From assembly GCF_902652985.1 (NCBI RefSeq), contig NC_047030.1, positions 15,810,001 through 15,874,000 of the forward strand: 64,000 nucleotides of DNA, read 5' to 3'. A model generated the notes under the pieces. The model saw only the letters and a list, made by a program, of their open reading frames with translations, ran no database searches and had not been told where the DNA came from. The translations under genes were made by a program, and so were the position numbers. Shown here piece after piece: positions 42,641 through 55,499 of the stretch (position 1 is the stretch's first letter; each line of letters opens with the position of its first letter). The stretch is from Pecten maximus. Taxonomy: Eukaryota.

Positions 42641-43454
42641 TAAGGAGGTTTATTTTGCATGTTTCCTTTTATTTGGCTGGAGGAGACGTAATTCATTCCA
42701 CTAATTATACTTTGATTCATTGGGTTACATGTTATTTTACTTATAACACTATAGTTCAAGAGGTTGCACCCTACTGCTAACTCAAACTGAATGAAATAGG
42801 TCAAATTTCAGGTTTTCCTGGGAATCTTGCCTGCAGCCCGTTGAGAGAGGTGAAAGTGAGAGGAAGGAAAAAGATTAATGACATATTGCTTTCCCCAGCC
42901 ACGTCTACAAATGTCCAGAATTTCTCACTTCAGGTACAGTCCACTTTGTAAAGGCGTCAAAGCAATATTCCACCTTAATTTAAGAAGTAGTTGTAGAAGT
43001 TCCTCCCACCATTTAGTCCATACAGAATAGGTTTGATGGCCTCATTTTATTGCTACAGTAAATATTGATGACTTCGACTTTTTCTCATCAGCAAAATGTT
43101 ATCACACAATAATGAAATATTGATTGTGTTCCTACAGAATATAAAATTTCTTTATCTACTGGTGTACTGTAAAAAGTACACACATACATAAAAAGGTCAG
43201 CTCCATTGCTTTTAAATCTTGATACCTCAAAATGATAAATTACAAAATATCAGGGTTTTTTGCATGTATCAAATTTTTACTTATTTAGCAGCCCTATAAA
43301 TATCACAAAAATGATTATAAAACATAAAAATTGTACAAATTTGCAAAGAAAACCTTTTTTTTTTTAAATGTGTGAACAAATTGCATCTCACACATTTATA
43401 CAGTATTGAATTTGTACAGGTTGTATAATATACAGTATTGTGTCATCTAATCAC

Positions 43455-43866
43455 CAGCCTGTCAAGAGAGACCTTCTGTCACAATGACTTGTACAACAAT
43501 CAACCTGTCAAGAGAGACCTTCTGTCACAACGACTTGTACAACAATCAACCTGTCAAGAGAGACCTTCTGTCACAACAACTTGTACAACAATCAACCTGT
43601 CAAGAGAGACCTTCTGTCACAACGACTTGTACAGCAAACAACCTCTCAAGAGAGACCTGTCACAAAGACTTACACAAAAACAACCTGTCAAGTGAAACCT
43701 TCTGTTACAAGGACATGTACAACAAGCAACCTGTCAATAGAGACCTGTCACAACTTGTACAACAAACAACCTGTCAAGAGAGACCTGTCACAAAGACTTA
43801 CACAAAAACAACCTGTCAAGAAAGACCTGTCACAAAGACTTACACAAAAACAACTTGTCAAGAAAG
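43455..43866. repeat. Tandem repeat, ~42-46-bp unit (caacctgtcaagagagaccttctgtcacaacgacttgtacaacaat)
   Basis: Direct periodicity. Confidence 0.9.
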
Positions 43867-44627
43867 AACTTTCATTTGGTGATTAATTATAAATATAGCA
43901 GGTAAACAAACTAAATACATGCACTCATAAATGAATTGATTTTTTCAATTGGTCTAAAGAGCACAAAATATTATCTCAGTTTCCTCTGCAATGCTTTCTT
44001 TTATCAGCATGAAATGGAGTAGGTACAATAGTATGTAATGGAGTAGGTGTATCATTTAAGGGTATAGAATTTGTACTTTATTTCTGTTGTCTAGAAACTA
44101 ACACTAGGGAATGACCACCAGTCTGATGTCTTCTGTCTATATATAGTGTAAATAAACTCCAAAGTTAACAACTATAGATTAGTATGTCTTTGATATTTAT
44201 GATGTGTAAAGGATGTCCTAATGACGTGTCATTTGTCAAGTTTACGCAGAGAGGAAAAATGGGACAAAAAAAGTGTTTTCCAGATGAATTCAAGGCCAAA
44301 CAAGTCCTTCTATCCTAAAGGAGGGCCGAGCTGCTCTCAGGAACTAGACATGTGTAAACAGTTACATAAAACCATAAGTTATTACAGCCAGACACTGGAA
44401 GGTATCAATTTGATAAATTTGATACCTTTCACACTTTTGACAGACATCAAAAGTAATAGCTGACAGACTGTCACAGTGTAAAATATCACTGTAACTATGG
44501 TAACATGACTGGTCAGCACTTTATCCACATGTAACACAGGGACTTGGCACAAAATCTCAACCCAGCAATCTTTTTATTTAATTTACAGTATAAATTTTAA
44601 TGGACAATAGTTTGGGAACTAATACCA

Positions 44628-45642
44628 AGTCCCTATGGAGTCTGTTGGGATTTAGTCCCAGTGGAGACTGTTGGGATTAAGTCCCAGTGAAGACTGTTGG
44701 GATTAAGTCCCAGTGAAGACTGTTGGGATTTAGTCCCAGTGAAGACTGTTGGGATTAATCCCTGTGGAGACTGTTGGGATTTAGTCCCAGTAGAGTCTGT
44801 TGGGATTTAGACCCAGAGGAGACTGTTGGGATTTAGTCCCAGTGGAGTCTGTTGGGATTTAGTCCCAGTGGAGTCTGTTGGGATTTAGTCCCAGTGGAGA
44901 CTGTTGGGATTTAGTCCCAGTGGAGTCTGTTGGGATTTAGTCCCAGTGGAGTCTGTTGGGATTTAGTCCCAGTGAAATCTGTTGGGATTAGGTCCCAGTG
45001 GAGACTGTTGGGATTTAGTCCCAGTGGAGTCTGTTGGGATTTAGTCCCAGTGGAGTCTGTTGAGATTTAGTCCCAGTGGTGACGTTTGGGATTTAGTCTC
45101 AGTGAAGACTGTTGGGTTTCAGTCCCAGTGGAGTCTGTTGGGATTTAGTCCCAGTGGAGACTGTTGGGATTTAGTCCCAGTGGAGTCTGTTGGGATTTAG
45201 TCCCAGTGGAGACTGTTGGGATTTAGTCCCAGTAGAGTCTGTTGGGATTTAATCCCCGTGGAGACTGTTGGGATTTAGTTTCTGTGGTGACTGTTGGGAT
45301 TGAGTCTCTGTGGAGATTGTTTGGATTTAGTCCCAGTGGAGTCTGTTGGGATTTAGTCCCATTAGAGACTGTTGGGATTTAGTCCCAGTGGAGACTGTTG
45401 GGATTTAGTCCCAGTGGAGACTGTTGGGATTGAGTCCCAGTGGAGTCTGTTGGGATTTAGTCCCAGTAGAGACTTTTGAGATTTAATCCCAGTGGAGTCT
45501 GTTGGGATTTAGTCCCAGTAGAGTCTGTTGGGATTTAATCCCCGTGGAGACTGTTGGGATTTAGTCCCAGTGGAGTCTGTTAGGATTTAGTCCCAGTGGT
45601 GACATTTGGGATTTAGTCCCAGAGGAGACTGTTGGGATTTAG
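44628..45642. repeat. Minisatellite, 26-bp unit (ctgttgggatttagtcccagtggagt), ~39 copies
   Basis: Direct periodicity, with an internal dyad tggga..tccca. Confidence 0.96.
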
Positions 45643-46271
45643 ATTTCCAGTCCAGGTAGGACATTTCGGAGGCAACTCTGACTGTATGGAAATTTGTGCC
45701 AAGTCTCTGTGGACTCAAGTCTCTGTGGACTCGCCCATGATGCACATTAATTGTTTCTACATTTATTCACAACTGAACCTTGGCACAAATCGCCAGCCAG
45801 TGTTTCCTAGGTATGTGTTCTATATTAATTGGTTTGGTTTGTGCCAAAGGGATCTGACACCCAGCAGTAACAGAACTAAATAATTTTAAAGGAATAAAGA
45901 AAATTGTAATACATTCCTCGGGAATTGTTTTTTGTACATGGTTTGGTATAAACGCAATATCTAACAAAGATTAAAAATTAAAAATTAAATTAAATATCTG
46001 CCACCGCTGAGCGTCGAAACCTTTTCCCCCATGATCTTGACACTAAGTCTAAACTAAGGGGCCAAGCTACTCTCTATAATGATATTGTAGTCTCATACAT
46101 CTCTATCCCTCGTGTGTCATATTCGATGTTATATAATCACACAATGATCACAATAACCACTCGCTCAATAATGCATTAAAGTTACCAGCAGCCATGTCAC
46201 TGGTTCTGTATACAATAATGTATGTACGTACAATTTATCTTCACACTGTGCTGACCTATATTTTCACTTAC

Positions 46272-46452
46272 CTGTAATTCAAATCACGCTCCTACAAAAA
46301 GGTAAACAATCCACGACGATTTGAATCTTTCTTCCTGTAATCCTAAACACGGACAAGCCGACCGATTTCCCGATGTGACAGTCTGTAAACGCTAGCTACT
46401 GTTCCTGTGTGTCGATCAGACACCGACTATCGATGTAGCGGAGTCTTACTGA
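46272..46452 (-). promoter_or_regulatory. Probable TSS and non-coding first exon of a long minus-strand gene
   Basis: Perfect donor CAG|gtaagtg at 46271, a CpG-dense exon-like segment, Inr-like TCAGT at 46452-46448 and DRE-like ATCGATA at ~46430. It coincides with the CpG-poor/CpG-rich boundary. Confidence 0.55.
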
Positions 46453-46458
46453 GCACAA

Positions 46459-47020
46459 ACAGTACCCTGTATCTCTGTGACACACACTGATGTTAACAGT
46501 ACCCTGTATCACTGTGACACACACTGATGTTGTGACACCCCTGTCATATAGTCCTAGTTGAGACTGTTGGGATTTAGTATGTTTGGGACTGATGTTAACA
46601 GTACCCTGTATTACTGTGACACAGACTGATGTTAACAGTACCCTGTATAACTGTGACACACACTGATGTTAACAGTACCCTGTATCACTGTGACACAGAC
46701 TGATGTTAACAGTACCCCGTATCTCTGTGACACACACTGATGTTAACAGTACCCCGTATCTCTGTGACACACACTGATGTTAACAGTACACCGTATCACT
46801 GTGACACAGACTGATGTTAACAGTACTCTGTATCACTGTGACACACACTGATGTTAACAGTACCCTGTATCACTGTGACACACACTGATGTTAACAGTAC
46901 CCTGTATCACTGTGACACAGACTGATGTTAACAGTACCCTGTATCACTGTGACACACACTGATGTTAACAGTACCCTGTATCACTGTGACACACACTGAC
47001 GCTGTGACACCCCAGTCATA
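46459..47020. repeat. Minisatellite, 37-bp unit (ctgatgttaacagtaccctgtatcactgtgacacaca)
   Basis: Direct periodicity, interrupted at ~46530-46590. Confidence 0.95.
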
Positions 47021-47961
47021 TCAACCCTCCCTATTTGGAAATGACTCTCGGATTTTGCCTTTAAAGTCATATGGTCTCCGATATTCATAGATTTTTCCAG
47101 CTATCAGGAATTGAAACATAAACTTGAGTATTACACTGTATATATGACTATGAAATAGACGATGTTTTGTCAGGAAATACCGTGGTTCCTATGACTAAGA
47201 CAATGGTTATCATTATTTTTTAACTTCTTTCATTTTTGATATTTTTAACAATCAAAGACATTCACTTCGAAGAGAGTGAAGTTTTAAGGAGAATGTCAAT
47301 ACATATTCTTTTCTGAGGCTTGGACTTTTGAACCCTACCCCAATAGCATAGGGATTTGTCACGGTTCATGTATATACGGGTACATATATGGACCGATAAC
47401 TGGGAATCCCTGCCAGGTCCCTGTGCCCAATAGGCATTTAAAGTTAACTGCACTCGTACAATGTATGATATAACAGGAACGACCCCAATATATACATATA
47501 TGGACCTCTGATGAAACTTTTATTGTCAGTGAAAATAGGTATTGACACCAATTGTTCCCTGATTAAGACACCTACAGACCGAAGGACAGTTTTAATGCAT
47601 ATATATATGTACTCAATCTTCTCTTAGCCCTCTAGCAAGGTCACGTGATTGTGGCTAATTAGTAATCACATTATGAGGATGCTAGGGGATACAATTTGTC
47701 TATTTAAAGAATTTTCAGAATGTCACGAACATCAAATGGCGTCATCATTTCCACTAATCTAATAAAAGAGTAATAACCAGTTATAGAAATTTCTGCCCGA
47801 GCTTGATGGTTTTCTAGCCCAATACACACGTATCTTACGATTGATGAACACCAAACTTCACTGTACGGTTTTATTTCCATGAACTCGATTATCTAATTAA
47901 GTCTTCAATGATTTAGGTTCGTTAGTTGGATAAGATTTCTGGTGGTATTCACATTCTAGCC

Positions 47962-50345
47962 GTCATAGTATCCGTTTAACTGGTCATCAGTAGTACCCGT
48001 TAAACTGGTTATCAGTAGTACCCGTTTAACTTGTCATTAGTAGTACCCGTTTCACTTGTCGTTAAAAGTACCCGTTTCACTTGTCATCAGTAGTAACCGT
48101 TTCACTTGTCATTGATAGTATCAATAGTATTCGTTTAACCGGTCATTTATTGTACCCATTCAACTTGTCATTAGTAGAATCCATTTAACTTGTCATTAGT
48201 GGTACCCATTTAACTTGTCATTAGTAATACCCGTTTTACTTGTCATGAGTAATACCCGTTTTACTTGTCATTAGTGGTACCCGTTTAACTTGTCATCAGT
48301 AATACCCGTTTAACTTGCATTAGTAATACCCATTTAACTTGTCATTAGTAGAACCCATTTAACTTGTCATTAGTAATACCCGTTTAACTTGTCATTAGTA
48401 ATACCGTTTAACTGGTTATCAGTAGTACCCGTTTAACTTGTCATTAGTGGTACCCGTTTCACTTGTCATTAGTAGTAACCGTTTTACTTGTTATTAGTGG
48501 TACCCGTTTAACTTGTCATTAGTAATACCGTTTAACTTGTCATTAGTAGTACCCGTTTCACTTGTCATTAGTAATACCCGTTTTACTTGTCATCAGTAAT
48601 ACCCGTTTTACTTGTCATTAGTAATACCCGTTTTACTTCGTCATTAGTGGTACCCGTTTAACTTGTCATTAGTGGTACCCGTTTAACTTGTCATTAGTAA
48701 TACCCGTTTTACTTGTCATTAGTAATACCCGTTTTACTTGTCATTAGTAGTACCCGTTTTACTTGTCATTAGTGGTACCCGCTTAACTTGTCATTAGTAG
48801 TATTTCCCGTTTAACTTGTCATCAGTGGTACCCGTTTAACTTGTCATTAGTGGTACCCGTTTTACTTGTCATTAGTGGTACCCGTTTAACTTGTCATTAG
48901 TGGTACCCATTTAACTTGTCATTAGTGGTACCCGTTTAACTTGTCATTAGTGGTACCCATTTAACTTGTCATCAGTGGTACCCGTTTAACTTGTCATTAG
49001 TGGTACCCGTTTAACTTGTCATTATTGGTACCCATTTAACTGGTCATTAGTGGTACCCGTTTAACTTGTCATCAGTGGTACCCGTTTAACTTGTCATTAG
49101 TGGTACCCGTTTTACTTGTCATTAGTAGTACCCCTTTGACTTGTCATTAGTGGTACCCGTTTAACTTGTCATTAGTGGTACCCATTTAACTGGTCATTAG
49201 TGGTACCCGTTTAACTTGTCATTAGTGGTACCCATTTAACTGGTCATTAGTGGTACCCGTTTAACTTGTCATCAGTGGTACCCGTTTAACTTGTCATTAG
49301 TGGTACCCGTTTTACTTGTCATTAGTGGTACCCGTTTAACTTGTCATTAGTGGTACCCATTTAACTTGTCATTAGTGGTACCCATTTAACTTGTCATTAG
49401 TGGTACCCATTTAACTTGTCATTAGTGGTACCCATTTAACTTGTCATTAGTGGTACCCATTTAACTTGTCATTAGTGGTACCCATTTAACTTGTCATCAG
49501 TGGTACCCATTTAACTTGTCATCAGTGGTACCCATTTAACTTGTCATTAGTGGTACCCGTTTTACTTGTCATTAGTGGTACCCGTTTTACTTGTCATTAG
49601 TGATACCCGTTTAACTTGTCATTAGTGGTACCCATTTAACTTGTCATCAGTGGTACCCGCTTAACTTGTCATTAGTGGTACCCGTTTAACTTGTCATTAG
49701 TGGTACCCATTTAACTTGTCATTAGTGGTACCCGTTTAACTTGTCATTAGTGGTACCCGTTTTACTTGTCATTAGTAGTACCCGTTTAACTTGTCATTAG
49801 TGGTACCCGTTTTACTTGTCATTAGTAGTACCCCTTTGACTTGTCATTAGTGGTACCCGTTTAACTTGTCATCAGTGGTACCCGTTTAACTTGTCATTAG
49901 TGGTACCTATTTAACTTGTCATTAGTGGTACCCATTTAACTTGTCATTAGTGGTACCCGTTTAACTTGTCATTAGTGGTACCCATTTAACTTGTCATTAG
50001 TGGTACCCATTTAACTTGTCATCAGTGGTACCCATTTAACTTGTTATCAGTGGTACCCATTTAACTTGTCATCAGTGGTACCCGTTTAACTTGTAATTGG
50101 TAGTACCTCTTTGACTGGTCATAATTGGTATTCGTTTAACCGGTCATTTATAGTACCCATTTAACTTGTCATTAGTAATACCCGTTTTGCTTGTCATTAG
50201 TAATATCCGTTTTACTTGTCATCAGTAGTACCCGTTTAACTTGTCATTAGTAGTTCCCATTTAACTTGTCATTAGTAATACCCATTTAACTTGTCATTAG
50301 TAATACCCGTTTGAATTATCATTAGTGGTACCCGTTTTACTTGTG
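47962..50345. repeat. Satellite, 25-bp unit (tacccgtttaacttgtcattagtgg), ~95 copies
   Basis: Direct periodicity. Confidence 0.97.
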
Positions 50346-50354
50346 TAAACTATA

Positions 50355-50794
50355 ACACTCACGTGTCAAATTTTGTCATTTTTCCACTTTATTTCATGAT
50401 TTCTGATTTTATTAATCAACCGATGTGTAGACATTTTTGCATAGTTATCGAAATTTGTCTCTTTTTCAGCTCATAGCGTTAGCATTATTTTCCGACTTCT
50501 ATTTTCTGAGAAATCAAGCAAATATTTCTGTGATGGCTTTAGGTCGAGACAAAGAAGATGACGTCAATACAATGTTACAAAGTTTTGCGGTGCAGAAATA
50601 TAATTGTGTTTTGAAAATAAGACAGCGAGGATTGATGCCAATATTATGGGCTGAGAAATGAGGCAAATGTACGAAATTTTGTAGAAATCCGCCGAAATAT
50701 GAAATCAGGAAAATTCAAAGAAAAAAATGAAAATGCACGCAATTAAGAGGGAAAAGTGCTTACATATCCTGTGTATTTTTAGTACATGAGTGTA
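50355..50794. mobile_element. Possible MITE with imperfect TIRs
   Basis: The left end acactcacgtgtcaaa resembles the reverse complement of the right end (acactcatgtactaaa). The right end is followed by TA, and there is weak subterminal inverted similarity. Confidence 0.3.
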
Positions 50795-52608
50795 TACATG
50801 TATATGGACGGTGTGGTGACAGTTGATAGCATGTCCTTTTAGTTTTCATATCAAACGAATTACTGCAAACTTTAAAGTAAAATACAAATGTAGCATATTT
50901 TAATTATAGAAATACAAAAACATAAAACAAAAACGTGAAATTGAGGGTATATTTTTCAGTTTACAATGCAGACATATAAGGAAATTTAATAACAGACTAC
51001 GCCTAGATTTTTTAAACATATGATAGTATCTTATATGTATTAACCTGATTTACATGTGTGTCAAACCATACGTAATACTTGAGGGAGGTAATCATATTAT
51101 ATTTTATATCGTACGGATATATGGCTATATAATATCATTTTAAAAACATTTATGACAGAATAACAATGATATCCTCAGTGAAATCAAACTCTCTTTTTAT
51201 GGTGTTTTAAGTATGTAAATTTTATATTCAGTGATGCACAGACAGGTACGCGAGGAATGTATGGTGTAACACCACGCCCCCAATTTATTTACGGGGGTGT
51301 GGCACAAACCATGGGAGATAGGAGACGTTTGTAACTATTTACTGACTGTTATCGATAATACGAGACACGAGATAATTCAAGGTTGTGTGATATTACCAGC
51401 ACATTAATTGTCATTCCACGGTCAGAATGAATAATTTATCACATATTGCGTAAATTACCGGAAAAGGTATTTTGTATCAATTTTTTTTAGGAAAAAGACT
51501 GTGAAAAGCTTTGTTGTGCGGTTCTTTTGTACATGTTTATTCGCAGTATGGAATATTTAAATTAAAACTGGTTTGTTTCGAGATTAATTTCTGAGAGCTT
51601 GTCTATCGATCAGTCTCTACCGGTCTCACTACGTGTTCATGTCTCATTTTAAGGGAGGCGACTCCAATCATGACCTCCTACATGCCGACATTTCGGGACG
51701 ACCCATACTGTCCACGTCATCCCAACACGTCTTCATTGGTCTTAAGGTATAAACTGTCGGTGTTAATTCACTTGTCAGAAATAACATAGAGTTCTATGGA
51801 TTGGTATCTAGTTTTCTGGAAATAAAAGTTTATGTTAATATTAAAATATAAACTGTCCTCGCCTTTTGATCATATTTAAATAAATGTGTTCTTCATATTT
51901 AAAAATGTAACTTTTATAAGTTTTAGCATTTGAAATAAACATGTTTGATCAAAATGCTTCAAAATGAACTAACAATAATAATATATAGCTTGGTAAAGTG
52001 AATTGACTGGGGTGACATGACCTTTGAATTCCCTGAAGGGAATCAATGGAGTCGAACACAACCTTTTTCATCCTGATTCAGTTTTAATCTCGCGCACGTG
52101 GGTGACATCAACAATATGTCAATCATCAAAAGACATAAACGACAAATTCCTTGAGGATTTATCTTCTATGACAGTTAAATAACGAGTAGCTAATCCCTTT
52201 ACCGGAGAACATCAATATATGTATATTGTTGTTGAACAGTCGTATGGAGTTTCTTACTTATGGCCTAGCAGCTTGTCGGTGTAATCTCCTTTAAATTGAA
52301 TTCTTGATTTTGTTCAATTTTGATGGAGATTTTCAAATTGTCTGCAGCACGTTTGACTTAAACTTTCACGGTTAATACTCTCTTTGAATCATTTGTCAAC
52401 TCTGACGGAATGTTCAAAAGGATGTGTATTGTGAGTTTTTCTATAAACGATCACGACGAGTCTCCATAATATCTTAGGCTAAGTCACATTTACGGTACAT
52501 ATCAGTGATATTGGATATCAGTTTTTTTAAAACATATCGTTATATAATTTGATACTACCGTAAATGTCTGCAATGTTTGATACACCTTAAACGAAACAGA
52601 AGATAAAT

Positions 52609-53165
52609 TAGGCATACAACCAAACGTCAGGATAACAGGAGTAAACGAGTCACATAACCAAACGTCAGGATAACAGGAATAAATGAGTCACACAACCAAA
52701 GGTCAGGATAACAGGAGTAAATGAGTCACACAACCAAACGTCAGGATAACAGGAGTAAATGATGAGTCGAACAACCAAAAGTGAGGATAGCAGGAGTAAA
52801 TGGGACATACAACCAAAGGTCAGGATAACAGGAGTAAATGAGTCACACAACCAAACGTCAGGATAACAGGAGTAAATGAGTCACACAACCAAAGGTCAAG
52901 ATAACAGGAATAAATGAGTCACACAACCAAAGGTCAGGAAAACAGGAGTAAATGATGAGTCGAACAACCAAAAGTGAGGATAGCAGGAGTAAATGGGACA
53001 TACAACCAAAGGTCAGGATAACAGGAGTAAATGAGTCACACAACCTAAGGTCAGGACAACAGGAGTAAATGAGTCATACAACCAAACGTCAGGATAACAG
53101 GAGTAAATGAGTCATACAACCAAACGTCAGGATAACAGGAGTAAATGAGTCACACAACCAAAGGC
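52609..53165. repeat. Minisatellite, 38-bp unit (caaccaaacgtcaggataacaggagtaaatgagtcaca) with a 193-bp higher-order duplication
   Basis: Direct periodicity. Most units contain TGAGTCA. Confidence 0.94.
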
Positions 53166-53436
53166 CAAGAAACAACGATAAGTAGCACAACAATATGTAC
53201 AAAATGGTTAAAATGAAGAGCATTGTCGGCCGCCATCGGCTGTCACGCTATCTAGGAATGAGGGGAGGTAACTCTGATAGACCAGAAATGAACAAATGAC
53301 TTAACAAAGCACTTGTTTTGAGGACCCTGTTGAACAGCTTTGCTAAACTATAACTACCGTACACTATTATTGTATTCGCCTTAACACTAACCAACAAGAT
53401 ACCAACACAGCCTAAATTATGGAGATTCCGACAAAA

Positions 53437-53797
53437 ACGTGAGGAAAAACCACCTGGGTTATGGAGACACAACACAAACGAGGAGAAAAACCTCCTGGGT
53501 TATGGAGACACAACACAAACGAGGAGAAAAACCGCCTGGGTTATGGAGACACAACACAAACGAGGAGAAAAACCGCTTGGGTTATGGAGACACAACACAA
53601 ACGAGGAGAAAAACCGCATGGGTTATGGAGACACAACACAAACGAGGAGAAAAACCGCCTGGGTTATGGAGACACAACACAAACGAGGAGAAAAACCGCC
53701 TGGGTTATGGAGACACAACACAAACGAGGAGAAAAACCGTATGGGTTATGGAGACACAACACAAACGAGGAGAAAAACCGCATGGGTTATGGAGACA
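53437..53797. repeat. Minisatellite, 41-bp unit (aaacgaggagaaaaaccgcctgggttatggagacacaacac), ~9 copies
   Basis: Direct periodicity. Confidence 0.95.
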
Positions 53798-54799
53798 CCA
53801 TCATCACCGGGAGCTTCTTCTTCACTACCGGTATGAAAAGCCTATAGTACAAATTACCACATAAAGCTGATACCAATCTCAACACGTCGTTAATTAGGCT
53901 TCCGTGATCAGAAAATCATGTGTTTATGTGTCGGTGAATCACCAGTGGGGCTATGTGAGTAATCCTGTAGAATCCAGTACAAGGACAGGCCGTACTACTC
54001 CACACCATTCACCGGCATGTCGGGCTCCAGATCGAAGCATCTTGTACTAGATGTAATTGTTTGATATTTTATTATATATATATATTTTTTTTTTTTGATA
54101 TGAGTAAATTAATAAAACAATGAAATAAACTGTTCACGATGACCCTGTGGAGTGTCACTGTTGTTGGTCATTAAATAATCCAAATTAGTCCTTTTCACTT
54201 TAAATGTCCAAATAATTTTTGCCCTACCAACAAATACAAGTTTCTGCCTATACACAATGTATATATTTCTGGTCTATGAAAGTAGTCCTTCACTTGTGTA
54301 GGTAATTGGAATCCACTTGACCAGATACCGAACTGATACACTCCTGGCCATGGAATCTTCCCAGACAATTCCCTATAAATATCAGCGGTAATATTTGCAT
54401 CAGGTAACTAGACAGGAAAGATGTTAGAATTTTGACACGAAAACAGAATCCAGATGATAGGAAGAAGACTTCAAGTTTCAGTTCATCTTGTAGGTGACTA
54501 ATACTTGACAAGATATCATAAATACAGCTGGGCTCAGTGATTGTCCTCGTGATGTCTACTACCAAGACGGCAAGGTATCTGAATAAAATCGACAAAAGGG
54601 GTTTATCTTAATTAGACAAGGAACTGAAAACTACCATTCATCGAAAGGAGAGTCCTGTTACAGCAGGTACACAGGAGGGGACTAGGAGGGTATTAATGGC
54701 AAATGAATGGAATAATGAATTATATATTTCTTTTAAGAGGAGTGTAATAAGGAATTCTGATTCTGAAGATAATCACTCATTTTTAATTCTAGAATAAAA

Positions 54800-55120
54800 C
54801 ATACATGTACCAACGAGCATGAAATTTCTCAATTCCAAAGAAGTATTTTTTTTTCAAATTATGAAAAACGGTTGTTAGTGTCTTTTCTGAGCAAACATTG
54901 TCAGGAACCAACACAGCTCATCAAGTTGGTGAAAGTCGCAATTCTTTTGTTTTTTAAAGAAGGTCAAAGTTCACGGTCATGGTCAGCAGGTCCACAAATG
55001 TAGTGCTAATGGAAAAGCCTTGTCATTAGGAACAAACACTTCAAGTACATAAGCTGTATCCTCGTTAGTGTTAAAACGTAACCTAGCTGTCTACGGATGA
55101 CGCCGACAAGGCCTGGGTAC
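54800..55120. mobile_element. Degenerate HINE-like insertion within the TIR-like exon
   Basis: aggtcaaagttcacggtcatggtca..ggaaaagccttgtcattagga resembles bivalve Helentron internal repeats, and a gacgccgac remnant is present. It is flanked by the similar segments aattctagaataaaac and atttctacagttaaaac. Confidence 0.4.
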
Positions 55121-55499
55121 ATTTCTACAGTTAAAACTACCTCATTGTGTGTTTGATCGTTTGATTGAGAAATATACGCTTCTGCTGTCAAAGCAAAAAT
55201 CACATAAATGATTAAGTCACAGCGACCTTGACCTTCATCCATTAAAGACTTTAAATCTTTGTAATGTAACTAACCATGTTTGAGTGGCATTCCCCGAAAG
55301 AAATACCCACTAACTCGTTATAATGTTTACAAAACAAATTATGACGAACAGACTGACAGTTGGGGAATAATCTGTCTTATAAGTAATAAACAAACTACAT
55401 TTTGTATCTTACTGTCTAATGAATCTCTCTTATCAAATTACTCATTAAATCTTCATTAAATGGTAAATCCTGGAAGGAGAGGAAATCCTTACCGTAATG

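Noticed and set aside
53437-53880. Derivation of the 41-bp array from the V-SINE (shared ggagaaaaacc)
   Set aside because: The match is only about 11 bp and purine-rich, which is insufficient evidence.
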